A stretch of DNA of 64,000 nucleotides, taken from NCBI RefSeq assembly GCF_032191835.1, contig NC_083229.1, positions 39,370,001 through 39,434,000 of the forward strand, in the 5' to 3' direction. Shown here piece by piece: positions 1 through 12,255 of this stretch; the first letter of the stretch is position 1, and the number at the start of each line of letters is the position of its first letter. The position numbers and the translations under genes are program-made. This DNA comes from Heteronotia binoei (Eukaryota). The notes beneath the pieces were generated by a model. The model saw nothing but the letters and a program-made list of their open reading frames with translations, had not been told where the DNA came from and searched no databases.

Positions 1-33
1 GTAAATCCACAGCTGTAAATAGTAAATCCATCT

Positions 34-324
34 GCCCCGTGGTTCAGAGTGGTAAACTGCAGTACTGCGGTTGGAGCCCTCTGCTCACGACCTGAGTTCA
101 ATCCCAGCGGAATCTGGTTCAGGTAGCTGGCTCCAGGTTGATTTAGCCTTCCATCCTTCCGAGGTCAGTAAAATGAGTACCCAGCTTGCTGGGGGGAAAG
201 CATAGATGACTGGGAAAGGCAATACCAAACCCCATCAAAAGCCTGCCGTGAAAACGTTGTGAAAGCAACGTCACCCCAGAGTCAAAAACGACTGGTGCTT
301 GCACAGGGGACTACCTTTACCTTT
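34..324 (+). mobile_element. Sauria SINE (tRNA-derived head, BovB-like 3' end)
   Basis: tRNA-like head, body ...ccttccatccttccgaggtcagtaaaatgagtaccc..., (ACCTTT)n tail; near-identical copies at 4922, 13223, 14933, 15470 and 59537. Family name from recall. Confidence 0.85.
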
Positions 325-3300
325 AAATCCATAGCACATTAAAACAATATTGTTTCAAAGAATCCCATGTGTTTCTCCTTCTTGAGAATTCCAACAACTC
401 TTTTTCCAGAAAAAAAGTGCTGTCATTAAGAACAGTATTAGCGGCATCGCTAAGGTTTGTAGAAGGTATTAATCCCGCCCCCACACACAATTAAAAACCT
501 CTAACTCCGACATCATTGTGTTGGATTCTGTTGAAGATACTGACAGTACTTACATTCAGTTTAGTTTATCCATCCAATATGGCCTTCACTGCAATTCCAA
601 CAGCAGTGACACTATGGAACCAACATACTTTAGTTCCCACTGCCTCCAGTAGCCAGTATAGTATAGTGGTTAGAGAGCTGGATACCCAATTTCAAATCCG
701 CCATGGAGAAGGCAATTTTGCCTTCCTTAATAGCAGGGCATGGAATATACAGTTGAGCAGACATTTTCTCAAACCAACACCTTGAATTTGGCATGGAAGG
801 TAATGGATAATGGTGGCATTTTGCATGTCTGTAAAATCATGGTAAATGATTCTTGGTTATGGCCACAGACAGCAGACCTGCCACATTTTGGACTGGCTGA
901 AGTTTTTGGACAGCCGCCATGAAAACTCTACACAGGACATATTACTGTAGTCAACAGTCCTTATGAACCAGAAGGGAGTCCAAAAGCTGATGCTCTTCTA
1001 ACCACAATCACCACCTGACAATCCAGGAGCAAATATTTCCAAAATTTATCTTTCAAGGCAAGTAGGATCTCTTCTAAGCAAAGATGGTCCGTAATGTTCT
1101 GAATGCTTGGCTCCACTATAAGCAACTCTCACAACTTTTAGACAGCATTTTTTTTAAATTGCCATTGTAGCTGCCAATTAATTGCAGCAGCACTGGGGCT
1201 TCCACATATCAAATGTCCTCACATTCTCTCTGCCCCAGCCCCCTACAGCCACCAATCCTGGGGGGAGGGTGTTTGTGCTTTTCAAATTTTTAAATAATTG
1301 ACAAATTATTATAACATAGCAATTTGTCAATCACTCACAATAACGCCCCCCCCAAAAAAAAACACATTCCAAATAAAATGCAGGGAGGGGAACATCAGCC
1401 ATGGGAGGCTGCAGCGCAGAAGATGGCACCAAGTGAGTAAAAGTGGGAAGATCTGGACTTTCCTCCCACCCTAGTTTTTAAAGAAAAACATGTTTAGGAA
1501 CTTAGGGAAAGCCATGAGATGCACAAGAGCAGCATGATGCTGTGTGGGAGTGAAACAAGACTCACTTCCCATTAACACAAAGCAGGAGCAAACAACCAGT
1601 GTGGAATCTACCTTTCTCTTGACCGGTCCAAGCGGGCAATCATGTTGGTCTGTATCGATACAACAAAGAGTCCAGTGGAAGTGTGTGTGCGCACAAAAAC
1701 TCATACCTTGAATTACCTTTGTTGGTCTTAAAGGTGTCACTTGACTCTACCTTTGTTCTTATTTAGACTGGGTTTCAGTTGATTCACCTTCATTCAGCCC
1801 ATCAATAATTCTGAACAGGTACTCCATGACCATACAACTAAACCTTCGTAAACATATGAAAGACAGCTCACCCTGCCTGCCCCTCCAATCCTGGAACAAT
1901 CTATACCAGCGGTTTTATGTAAATACTAACTCACATAGGAGAATGTAAGAGAATCTTCAGAGACTCTACAACATCACCACTGAGAAGTTGAACAGTAACC
2001 ACCCCCTCCTGCCTAAGAGATAGAAGCCTGGTTGACCACAAAGCAAAGCTCCCTACACCTAGTCCCTACAAGCAAACTAGAAGAACAACATAGTGACTTC
2101 AAAAGTTGCTCCTCAGAACAGGAGAGGGGGAAACCTGAGTTCAAAGCCGCATTGAACTCAATGGATAACCTTGGGATCTTTATAAGATAAAATGGGGGAG
2201 ACTGTTTACACTGTCTGTTGAATGGGGCATTGCTATCAGTTTGTTATGCCTTGTCCAGAGGAAGACATTGATGGGCAGTGGCACCAGAAATGGTTATGTG
2301 CTGGTTGCTTTAAATTTTAATTGTTATTAATTGTATTTATTATTTTTGCACCTTTTGCTGTGTGACCTGCCGTAAACCCACTTTGCAGGGAGGACAGGAT
2401 ATAATCCAAGGAAAAATAAATGTTTATACTGGCCTGAGCTCCACTGGAAAACAGACAGAAAATGTAACAGGTAGAATAACATTGTCTTGGCCATTTCCTG
2501 ACAAAAGTCATCTACCAAATGAATTTCTGTAATAAGAACAGGAACTATGGGTGGGTACATGGAGGGAAACCATTCTAAACACCAGCAGATACTGAAATGT
2601 AGGACAGGAGCTATTTCAAGATCTAGCATGAAAAAGCTGCACAGTATTTCATTCTGTATTTTCCTGTGGCATCATTTTATAAAGTTTGCAGATGAAAGCA
2701 AATCATAATCTCATGGAAACCAGGTGGACATTAATTCAGAAGAGCTGTTTCACTCAAGAAGCATAGGTTTCAAATCCAAACAAATACTTTGATCATGCAA
2801 CTTTATGAACAGCAAAAAATATAAGCCAATATCTATGTAAGAAGATGAGATCGATCATTATTTTCAAAGTCTTAACATTTTGTTCTCCCAATGCTAAGAT
2901 TGCAGAAGTGGCAGTTATTGCAATATATGCATAAAATGATTGACACATAATTCTGTTGTATCATTTGTATTGCCAAACATTATTAGTTAGGAAGAAAGGC
3001 AAATTAATAAAGGCATACATACACTGCATGAGAATGAATACGGTCCTTGCCAGAGATTATCTATAGTTGTTGGAATGCGTAAATGAGAAAACCAAACACA
3101 AGGTTGTCCACAAGCTTAGGAAATGCTAAAGAACTTTGACCATAAGCTAAATTTTGTCCCAACATTTTCTTGGTGCTTAAATCAATTAGTGTATATATAA
3201 TATTTTCAGGTAAACATTGGTTCAGAATTTTTTTTAAAGAACTGGTTCAATTGAATTTATTTTTTTCAATTGAATAGTGTAAACTTCAGCAATCCAGTTT

Positions 3301-4019
3301 CACATTTAAAGCTAGCTGGTTAAACTACTGAAATGGAAAACCACCTGAGTGGAATAACAACTTTCTTCAGCCCAAAGCACACATACTTAGAAGAGGGTGC
3401 CACTGGGACTTGCTGCCCTGGGATCAGGCTGAATGTTTCAGAACTTCAGGAACAAGTCTTGACCAAAGACACCGGACGGACAGTAGGATTTTCCTCTTTT
3501 CCTTTGATCAGCCACGGAAATAATTAAGGGGGGGGGGGGAGGCGGGAAGGAACAAAAACAATAAAGCCCTTTTACTAGCAGCTTGTGGTCTAAAACAGCA
3601 TGCCAGCAGGGCTTATCCAAGGTCCACCAGAACAGCAAGAGAAAACAGTCAACAAGCAGGACGACCAGCTGCCAAAGGGGCTCCACTGCATTTAAGAGCT
3701 CTGCGTATTACCGAACGGAATTTCCTTTAGTGGAGCTTGTCACGCAGGACGGACAGAAGTTGCACCTGCAAAAATTCTCCCTCATTCATTAAGAAGTGCA
3801 GAAGCCCCGCCCCCTCCACACCCTGGCAATAAAACTCTTTTGGAAGTCGAGTCAAGGTGGGCAAGAGGTGCGTTTGCACTCAGGAGATGTCCCGAGTTCA
3901 AATACCCCCTCTGCCGTGTGGCTTGTGGGTAAGCTTGAGGAGTCATTCTAGCTCAACCTAGCCTCCCTGGAAGGGTTGCTATGAAGAGGAGAGAGAATCA
4001 CACAAGCCAGCCTGAACTC

Positions 4020-4800
4020 CTTAAACAAGAGCATGAAGGAAATGTTCTAACCCCTTAGTGCTATGCATTGCCTTGGCATGAAGTGGGGCGGGGGCGAGGG
4101 AGGCTTGCTCTCGCCACGCTCCCCGCTCTCCTCCCCTCTCTCCAAGAAGAAGAGCCCCGGGGCGGGCGAGGAGGGCGCTCACCGCATTTCTGCAGCCCGT
4201 TGGTGCCGGGGGCCATGGGGCTCGGCCGGCTGCCGTCCTTGACTTGGGTCTGAGCGCTGCTCGAGCACCCCATGGCGTCGCAGGGCCAAATCCGCGCTCA
4301 GAGCCAGACGAGCAGGCGCTGAGCGAGCGACTCTTCCCTTGGCGAGCGCGCCAACTGTCCGCTCCGGCTCCCGCCAGGCGAATGCGCGCAGGTGCCGCCG
4401 CCTTCTCGCCGCCCGGGCAGCGAAGGGAAGGCAGCCCCAGCTGGGCTGCGCGTGCCACTGCCGGCCCTCGCTGGAATGTTTACCCCCGCAGCTCCGTTGC
4501 CATAAGAACGGCGCAGTCAGGGGGAGCCCAAGAGGTTCCACTGCAAACTTTTGGCATTCTTTGTGGCAGGCGCAGGCGCGGCAGGAGGGACTACGACGCT
4601 GCTGGGATGGGAGGGCGCGCGAGGGGACGGCTGGGGCCAGGCCGGCTTTGCTGCAGGGCAGATGGTTGTGCAATCGCCCCCCACGGACAGCAGCGACCCC
4701 GCGTGCCCGCCCACCGTCGTCGTCGCGACTTTGCTTTGGCCTTCCTCGCCGACTTTTACGCCAGTAATGAAAGTTTGGGACAAAAAGAAGAGGCCCTCTC
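4020..4800. promoter_or_regulatory. CpG island over the ERICH5 promoter and first exon
   Basis: Very GC- and CpG-rich stretch in an AT-rich background, overlapping the ERICH5 start codon. Confidence 0.8.
4183..4273 (-). CDS. ERICH5: ERICH5 (glutamate-rich protein 5) first coding exon, MGCSSSAQTQVKDGSRPSPMAPGTNGLQKC
   Basis: MGCSSSA start matches the recalled human ERICH5 N-terminus (MGCSSSALNK; myristoylation-type MG/C motif). 91 nt followed by a GTGAGC donor (phase 1). Head-to-head with RPL30 as in human. Downstream exons not found in the window. Confidence 0.8.
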
Positions 4801-4921
4801 CACAACAGCCTGCTTCTTGACAGATAAAATTATTTGAACCAGAGTGTAGCTATAACCTGTCCATTTCAAAGGGAGGATTCCGTTTCCAGTTTTAATTACC
4901 ATGATTTCTTAGATGTCCAGG

Positions 4922-5221
4922 AAAAGGAAAGAAAGGTCCCCTGTGCAAGCACCAGTCGTTTCCGACTCTGGGGTGACATTGCTTTCACAACGTTTTCACG
5001 GCAGATATTTGACGGGGTGGTTTGCCGTTGCCTTCCTCAGTCATCTACACTTTCCCCCCAGCAAGCTGGGTACTCATTTGACCGACCTCGGAAGGACGGA
5101 AGGCTGAGTCAACCTCGAGTCGGCTACCTGAAAACCCAACTTCCGCCGGGCAGCGAACTCTGTTCTGAGCAGAGCTTAGGACTGCAGTACTGCAGCTTTA
5201 GCACTCTGCACCACGGGGCTC
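4922..5221 (-). mobile_element. Sauria SINE
   Basis: Reverse complement of the 34-324 element. Confidence 0.85.
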
Positions 5222-5309
5222 TTTTTGTTGTTGTTGAATAAATGGCTGCTGCTCAAAACAGTGGGGAGTAGGGACTGACTACAGGCAAGAAAGAACCAGG
5301 TGAGCAGCC

Positions 5310-5410
5310 TGTTGGTCTAAAGCAATAGAACAAAGTAGGAGTCCAGTCGCACCTTTAAGACCAACAAAGTTTTATTCAGAATGTAAGCTTTCTCATGCAT
5401 GCACACTTCT
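5310..5410 (-). mobile_element. Penelope-like element terminal fragment (same family as 31339-31661)
   Basis: gcacctttaagaccaac...taagctttc matches the 31.4-kb arm; single degenerate arm. Confidence 0.55.
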
Positions 5411-5965
5411 AAAGACAATTAAATGGGGTACAGTGAGCAGAGTTACATATAGCTGTAGGGCACTTTGCATTCTTAACCACTGCCCACCAGCCATAGGCAA
5501 GAGGAAGCAAGTATTGCCTCCCACCCACCCTACACACCGTTTGGAAAGTAAATGAATTAAATACTAGAAGGTTCTCTGACTTTTCTGCTGCATTAGGTAG
5601 CACAGCAAGGGATGCTCATGCTAGCAACTGTTTCATAACAGATGGAGCAATAATAGTGGGGTTTGCAACATACTGGTGGATTGTTATTAAGTGTCCAGGA
5701 TGCTAGCTGATGGCAACAAGTGTGTGTAAAAGTGTAACAGTCTCTTTTTTAGCACACAAAACAGGTACACAACACTGAACTTTAAACCTAACAATATAGA
5801 CAAAGTAATCCTTGAAAGACTTCAAAACAACAACAACAATACTATTACCACAGCAATTACATTAGGGCTCTTGGAGAGATTTTATGAGTAAAAGTTCCAT
5901 ATAATTTTTCATTTTCACAAAACTAACATATAAAACAAGTTCAAACAACAGTAACATTTCACATC

Positions 5966-6146
5966 GGCCGATTTCGCATTAGAGCTTTAATCCTGATTTA
6001 ACTTTGTCCCCAAACTGACTTTCTACACTAAAACCATAGAATCATAGAGTCATAAAGTTGGTTTCTCTGACTCTATGATTCTAGTGTAGAAAGTCAGTTT
6101 GGGGATAGAGTTAAACCAGGATTAAAGCTCTAGTGCGAAATCGGCC
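5966..6146. mobile_element. Palindromic MITE, Harbinger-like, with a CR1-tail-like insert in the loop
   Basis: Arms ggccgatttcgca... / ...tgcgaaatcggcc of about 63 bp; ATC on both flanks (3-bp TSD candidate). Confidence 0.55.
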
Positions 6147-6391
6147 ATCGTTTCTATTACCTAATGCAAATTAATTAATAAAGACTATGCTGTAGGCCAG
6201 AATAGTTTTCAGAGAATGGAGGGACGCGAATCAACCAAAAACAAGCTTCGGAAGCATAACCACACTTCTAGACAGAAGGTCTCTGAATGTCAGCAGCATG
6301 GCTTACATTCAAAAGTCGAATGGGCATTGTCCTGATAACTGTATGCATTACCATTTGACCAAAAGGAAAATCGGGAGAGCCAGTTTGGTGT

Positions 6392-6645
6392 GGAGAGCCA
6401 GTTTGGTGTAGTGGTTAAGTGTGCGGACTCTTATCTGGGAGAACCGGGTTTGATTCCCCACTCCTCCACTTGCACCTGCTAGCATGGCCTTGGGCCAGCC
6501 ATAGCTCTGGCAGAGGTTGTCCTTGAAAGGGCAGCTGCTGTGAGAGCCCTCTCCAGCCCCACCCACCTCACACGGTATCTGTTGTGGGGGAGGAAGGTAA
6601 AGGAGATTGTGAGCTGCTCTGAGACTCTTCGGAGTGGAGGGCGGG
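6392..6645 (+). mobile_element. tRNA-derived SINE (Squam3-like), 3' end runs into an assembly gap
   Basis: Head gagagccagtttggtgtagtggttaag...gggtttgattcccc (A/B-box-like); near-identical to 10354-10637. Confidence 0.75.
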
Positions 6646-6829
6646 NNNNNNNNNNNNNNNNNNNNNNNNNNNNNNNNNNNNNNNNNNNNNNNNNNNNNNN
6701 NNNNNNNNNNNNNNNNNNNNNNNNNNNNNNNNNNNNNNNNNNNNNNNNNNNNNNNNNNNNNNNNNNNNNNNNNNNNNNNNNNNNNNNNNNNNNNNNNNNN
6801 NNNNNNNNNNNNNNNNNNNNNNNNNNNNN
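6646..6829. other. Assembly gap (184 N)
   Basis: Run of N. Confidence 1.
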
Positions 6830-7239
6830 ATACACACTCTGAAATTAAGACCATAGCACAAAATTGTGTGTTTGAGCTGCCACATCAGACTATAAGCTTC
6901 CAGCTCACAAATTACATTATTAGTGTGAGTTCACAGCACCTAGGCATGAAGAAAGCTTTTTTAAAAAAGCTTTTGAAAAGACTAACACAAATAAGGTTGC
7001 CAAAAGGCAATCCTGGGCAGGGTGGGGGCACCTTGTTCCTTTAATAAAGCCTTAATGTGTAGGAACAGGCAGTTAAATTTTTCACGGCACAGGGATAAAT
7101 AAAATTGCTTGGTAAATAACCTCCCATTAAAAGTAAACAAGGACTCAAAGATTTCAGGTTTTCACGGCTGGTAACATCATTAGGGTTTGTAGAGTCTTTC
7201 GGGATCAAGTGCCGTGTTCTACTGGAGAAAGTTTTCCTT

Positions 7240-7280
7240 CCAGATGTTTCGTTCTCAGCTGCGGAGAACATCCTCAGTGG
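7240..7280 (-). ncRNA. Minimal type I hammerhead ribozyme motif (left arm; stem III palindrome mutated)
   Basis: Minus strand cca-CTGAGGA-t-GTTCTC-cgcagct-GAGAAC-GAAA-CATC-tgg. Confidence 0.55.
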
Positions 7281-7506
7281 CGTTGCAGCCGGAGCAGGCG
7301 CTCTGACCTTCTTGGCTGCTGTGCATTGAGTGGGGCCAGGGCTGCTGGAGAGCTGCTGTTTCTAGGCTGGAGGGGGTGTGGTGAAAGGGCAATTGGTTTG
7401 TGGATGTGCCCATTGTTTGGTGGGGCTTTAGCAGCTCTCCAGCAGCCCTGGCCCCACTCAATGCACAGCAGCCAAGAAGGTCTGAGCGCCTGCTCCGGCT
7501 GTAACG

Positions 7507-7547
7507 CCACTGAGGATGTTATCCACAGCTGAGAACGAAACGTTTGG
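7507..7547 (+). ncRNA. Minimal type I hammerhead ribozyme motif (right arm)
   Basis: cca-CTGAGGA-t-GTTATC-cacagct-GAGAAC-GAAA-CGTT-tgg; stem I cca/tgg, palindromic ACGT stem III, GUU triplet, one stem II mismatch. Confidence 0.6.
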
Positions 7548-7797
7548 AAGGAAAACTTTCTCCAGTAGAACACGGCACTTGATCCCGAAAGATTCTACAA
7601 ACCCTAATAAACAAGGACTGTTTGTGGGATGCAACTGGCAACTCTGCCTGGAATTGCAGCCCAGAAGCCACTAGGAGATGGTGTCCGTGATTTCAACCAG
7701 GCATCTTCAAGGGCCAGTAATGCACCAATCTTCTCTTGAAAGCTTAAATGGGAAAGGTGATAGCTTATGCACGACTACAACAAGAATATGGAGAGGG

Positions 7798-7975
7798 TGA
7801 AAGACATAAGAACATAAGAAGAGTCCTGCTGGCTCACGAATGGTCCATCTAATCCAGCATCCTGTCTCACACAGTGGCCATACAGTTCTTCTGGGTGGCC
7901 AACAACAGGTCATAGAGGCCAAGACTTTCCCCTGATGTTGCCTCCTGATTCTGGGATTCAGGGGCTAGCAATGAC
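7798..7975 (-). mobile_element. CR1-type LINE 3' end fragment
   Basis: ataagaacataagaag tail followed by ccatctaatccagcatcctgtctcacacagtggcc, similar to 48677 onward. Confidence 0.55.
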
Positions 7976-8092
7976 CTGGGTCATTACTATCCAGTGACCA
8001 CTCAGATGAATCAATGGTCTGATGTGCTAGAAAGCTCCTTTGTATTAAAGCCTGCACAAGCTCAGTCAGGACTATTTCTCCCCTGAATGCTC

Positions 8093-9236
8093 TGAAAACC
8101 AGACATGTTATCACCAGGGGTTTTTTTTCAGCAGGAACGCACAGGATCCCAATTCTGGCTGTCTTGGCATCAGAGGGTGTGGCCTAATATGTAAATGAGT
8201 CCCTGCTGGGCTTTTACTACCAAAAAAGCCCTGGTTATCGCACTGGGTGCTTTCATATAGGGTTGCTGTGACAAGAAGAATGATGGAGAGAAAAATGAAG
8301 TAAACAACATCCCAATCTCTAAAACCACCTTTAATAGGTTGCACTGTGCGAGTCAATTCTAGCACCTCCTCAACTCCTGTTGTATCTCTACTGCTGAAAC
8401 TCTCTGCTCCATTTTTTTAGTTGCTGCCTTTCTAGACATCCTCCCTTGCCTCTGCTTGCCAAATGCTTTTGACTGGTATGGAGTAGCTACCTTTTCTTAC
8501 TGGTTATTTCTCTCTGTATAATATGAAAACCCGACATATGTTATCACCAGGGTTTTTTTTGAGCAGGAACGCACAGGATCCCAATTCTGGCTGTCTTGGC
8601 ACCAGAAGGTGTGGCCTAATATGCAAATGAGTCCCTGGGGGCTTTTTGTATAAAAAGGCTCTGTGTGAAACAGTGGTGATGTCAGGAGGTGTGACCTAAT
8701 ATGCAAATGAGTTCCTGCTGGGCTTTTACTACCAAAAAAGCCCTGGTTATCACACTGGGTGCTTTCATATGGCGACTGTTTGCAAGTGGATTTTGCCGTT
8801 CTTGCACAGTAAAACTCCAGTTGCAAAGCACTTTATTTAGTGTGTGAATGCACCCATTGAGAAGACATGCTAACAGAAAGCATTCTCATCTAATTTCAGT
8901 CCTGTCTCGCTCCTCCCAGCATAATTTCATGGAACACACAAACACAACTATCTGTGCATAGTCATATTATACAGAGAGAAATAACCAGTAAGGAAAGGTA
9001 GCTACTCCATACCAGTCAAAAGCATTTGGCAAGCAGAGGCAAGGGAGAATGTCTAGAAAGGCAGCAACTTAAAAAACGGAGCAGAGAGTTTCAGCAGTAG
9101 AGATACAACAGGAGTTGAGGAGGTGCTAGAATTGACTTGCACAGTGCAGCCTATTAAAGGTGGTTTTAGAGATTGGGATGTTGTTTACTTCATTTTTCTC
9201 CCCATCATTCTTCTTTATTGTCACAACAACCCTATA
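8093..9236. repeat. Local duplication plus inverted duplication (A1-invB-A2-M-B) containing hAT-type MITE copies
   Basis: A1 8093-8258 matches A2 8524-8770; 8256-8526 is the reverse complement of 8962-9236. MITE TIRs caggg(c/g/t)ttttt / aaaaaagccctg with GTTATCAC 8-bp TSD. Confidence 0.85.
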
Positions 9237-10353
9237 AAGTAGATTAGTATGAGATTGGTTGAAGGTCACCCAGAGAGCTTCCATGGCAGAATGCAAATTA
9301 GAACTCATGTCTCCCAGATTGTAGTCTGACATTTTTAGTCCAACACTCCCCAACCCTAGACCCTTAGGACCCTAATTAAGGGAAGAGAAGGCATTTACAA
9401 GGGCTGATGCTGGAGGGCTGGAGGAGAGGGCTAAAGAATGTGATCTGATAAAATAATCTTTTTTACAAGGTGGTAATACCCATAAGGTCAGATGGACTTT
9501 GTACGCATGTTCAGGCTATGCTCAAATAGACAATTCCAATTCAGGATTTTCTCTACAGTCCAGCAGACTTCATCCCTTTCTCCCCCGTTTTTTTTAAAAC
9601 CTATTTTTTGATCGGGTGGCTGAATGACAAGAAATGTGAGCGCCTATTCAGCAAATGCCTGCCTCATTAGTGTCCCAAATTCCTCATTGTGCTGGCTTTG
9701 GAACAATGAGGTGGACTTGTTTTCCTGACAATAAATGAATAGAAGAGTGCATGGCCCAGAGAAAATTGGATGAGCATGTTTACACATGCTTTAAATATGA
9801 TTGTTATCATAAAGCCTAGACTGCCACTTTGATTACCCATTGAGAGAAAAAGAACGGATGAGGGTGCCATAACAGAATTCTAATAAAAGCTCTCTGAGCT
9901 GTCTGATGTTAAAAAGTGTTAACATTTCTCCCAGGTCTTAGTATATGCCCAAGCAGCCTTGAAAGGGTTTAGAATATAGATTAAACATAGCTGAACTAAA
10001 CGGGCCCCAGACCCATAATTCTACCTACCCACAGAATCTCTATCTTTACAAGGATTTGGGCTGCTTTATATATTTGGGGAAAATAACTGCAGGACCCAAC
10101 TCTCCTGGCCTCTAATCATGGGTTTTTCCACACCCCCCCCCCCAAGTTAGTTTGATTTCCTCCCATACTGCTTTGATTTATCCCAATTTCTGCCTGCATT
10201 GTTATGCCTTCAGTTTTTGCTTGTTTGTTTTTCTCCCAGTTCTTTTGAGACCACTTTTACCATGGCCTTTTTTTCTGGAAGCCAATTTTGAGTCACCTTT
10301 TTCCTCATTGATAATGTTTCTGTTAGTTTTCTCTCACCCACCTCTAGCCAGTT

Positions 10354-10637
10354 GAGAGCCAGTTTGGTGTAGTGGTTAAGTGTGCGGACTCTTATCTGGG
10401 AGAACCGGGTTTGATTCCCCACTCCTCCACTTGCACCTGCTGGAATAGCCTTGGGTCCGCCATAGCTCTGGCAGAGGTTGTCCTTGAAAGGGCAGCTGCT
10501 GTGAGAGTCCTCTCAGCCCCACCCACCTCACAGGGTGTCTGTTGTGGGGGAGGGAGATAAAGGAGATTGTGAGCCGCTCTGAGACTCTGAGATTCGGAGT
10601 GGAGGGCGGGATATAAATCCAATATCTTCTTCTTCTT
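10354..10637 (+). mobile_element. tRNA-derived SINE (Squam3-like), full length with (TCT)n tail
   Basis: Same sequence family as 6392; ends aaatccaatatcttcttcttcttctt. Confidence 0.8.
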
Positions 10638-12054
10638 CTTAGCCCTTATACATGATTGGACTGTTGTCCTCCCCTACCCAGAAGAAGTCATTTCGTTTCC
10701 CTTTTTCTAAAAATACAACCCTTGTATAATTATACCAATACCAATGTAAAAGGTGATCAGCTCTTCCACACTTCTGTTCATAATCCATATTTTTTTCTGG
10801 TTTAGAACGTCAGGAAAACTCTTACCTAGGGAAAGGAAGCTATTTTTTCTGGTGTCAGAAGTAGCCACACTACTTGGCTTTATTTTTTTAAAAAATATTG
10901 ATGCTCAAATATATTTGTGTTGCTATATGGTTGTAATGATATGTTTAGCAGGTTCTCTAAATTCCCAGCTTTCATTAAAAAAAAAGTAAATCTAAAGTTT
11001 CTTCCCTTATGGAGATGTGCTTTCTCCTTTATATCTCTGTTTTACACACAAATTCTGAAACTTCTTGTCACATACTCTGTGTATATTAATTTTTTTATAC
11101 TACAATGTAAAAATGGTTAAATTCAGGAGTCGTTTTGTAGAAAAATAGGTGGTGGAGCTCATCCAGGGATTGTTATGCAGCTGCACATACTGTTCAATGG
11201 ACAAAGAGATGGAACTCTCAGAAAGGTTCAGGAGCTGTTCTCCTGTGAGCTCCCAGTGAATCCGAGGCCTGGTTAAATTACTTTCTACTACATGGAACAT
11301 TTTCCTTCTTACTGCATTTTTTTAAAAAGCTCAGCTACATCTATACCATTTGCATTCAGCAGAAGCATATTAATTGTATTTATGCAGCTTGATGTATTGC
11401 TTAATTTCTAAAATGGGTCAAATCTGCTTGGAACTTTCCTGCTATAGGCTGGAAGTTCTGTCCCTTATACCTTTTGATCTCCCAGAATGCAGGGAACCCA
11501 CATGTAAATGTTTATATATCTATCCATTCAGGTATAAGGCCCAAGTTAAACAGGAGGAAAAGAGCTTCCCCATGTCTTTGCATGGACCAGGGCTTTGTCA
11601 GTGCTGTGCTGCAAGTTTTGCATACTAGAAATCCATAGCCTTGTGGGGAACCCCCATTGAGATGCACCCCCGCCCCAGCCCCTCGCAGCATTTAATGTAA
11701 GTTTATTGGACTTGTGCATCTGATGATCCCAAACTGACAAAAAAATTATGCTAGAATAAATTTGGTTAGTCTCTACAATGTTTTATTTTCCTCCAGGGCT
11801 GAAAAGCTCATTGCATGATTATTCACAGCCTAATGTACCTCATAGGGTTGTTATGATGGGGAAAATGGCATCACCATGTATGTACACCACCTTGGATGAA
11901 AAATGATAAAGCAAGAGACTTTCGACCAGTGGGACAGTGGAAGAATAAAATGGGCCTCAACTTCTTATTCAAGAAGCAGGAAAGTATTTCTCAAATGTCA
12001 GAAGCTGGAAAGTTTGGCTGCCTCAAGGTATGTAAAACACTGGTGGTAAAAAGT

Positions 12055-12255
12055 GCTGTCAAGTCATAGCTGACTTATGGCGACCCCCCTAGGATTTTCA
12101 AAGTGAGCTCTATTGTCTCTTTAGAGGAAGAGGCAAAACTTTCTCCACTTTGTTCTTCAGGACTTTCTGCAAAATCAGACAATTGGTGGTCTCCCATTGT
12201 ACTAACCACGGCCAACCCCACTTATGTTCTGAGATCTGATGAGATCAGGTTAGCT
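12055..12255 (-). mobile_element. 5S rRNA-derived SINE, degraded
   Basis: ctgagatctgatgagatcagg is antisense to 5S rRNA; BovB-like tail aagtcatagctgacttatggcgaccc. Confidence 0.55.

Larger units (their letters stand above)
7146..7607. mobile_element. Penelope-like element insertion with inverted pseudo-LTRs
   Basis: 179-bp inverted arms 7179-7357 and 7430-7608; flanking direct repeat TAAACAAGGACT at 7134-7145 and 7608-7619; a hammerhead core in each arm. Confidence 0.7.

Noticed and set aside
4021-4837. Multiple overlapping 88-208 aa ORFs on both strands near ERICH5
   Set aside because: Ala/Arg/Gly/Pro-rich translations expected from a stop-poor CpG island; no recognisable domain. Only MGCSSS has a splice donor and syntenic support.
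6348-7044. ORFs of 100-168 aa spanning poly-X
   Set aside because: Artefacts of translating through the N gap and SINE sequence.
7209-7573. Similar ORFs on both strands (MSGARAAGELL.../LQQPWPHSMHSSQEG)
   Set aside because: Produced by the inverted arms of the Penelope-like insertion, not a gene pair.
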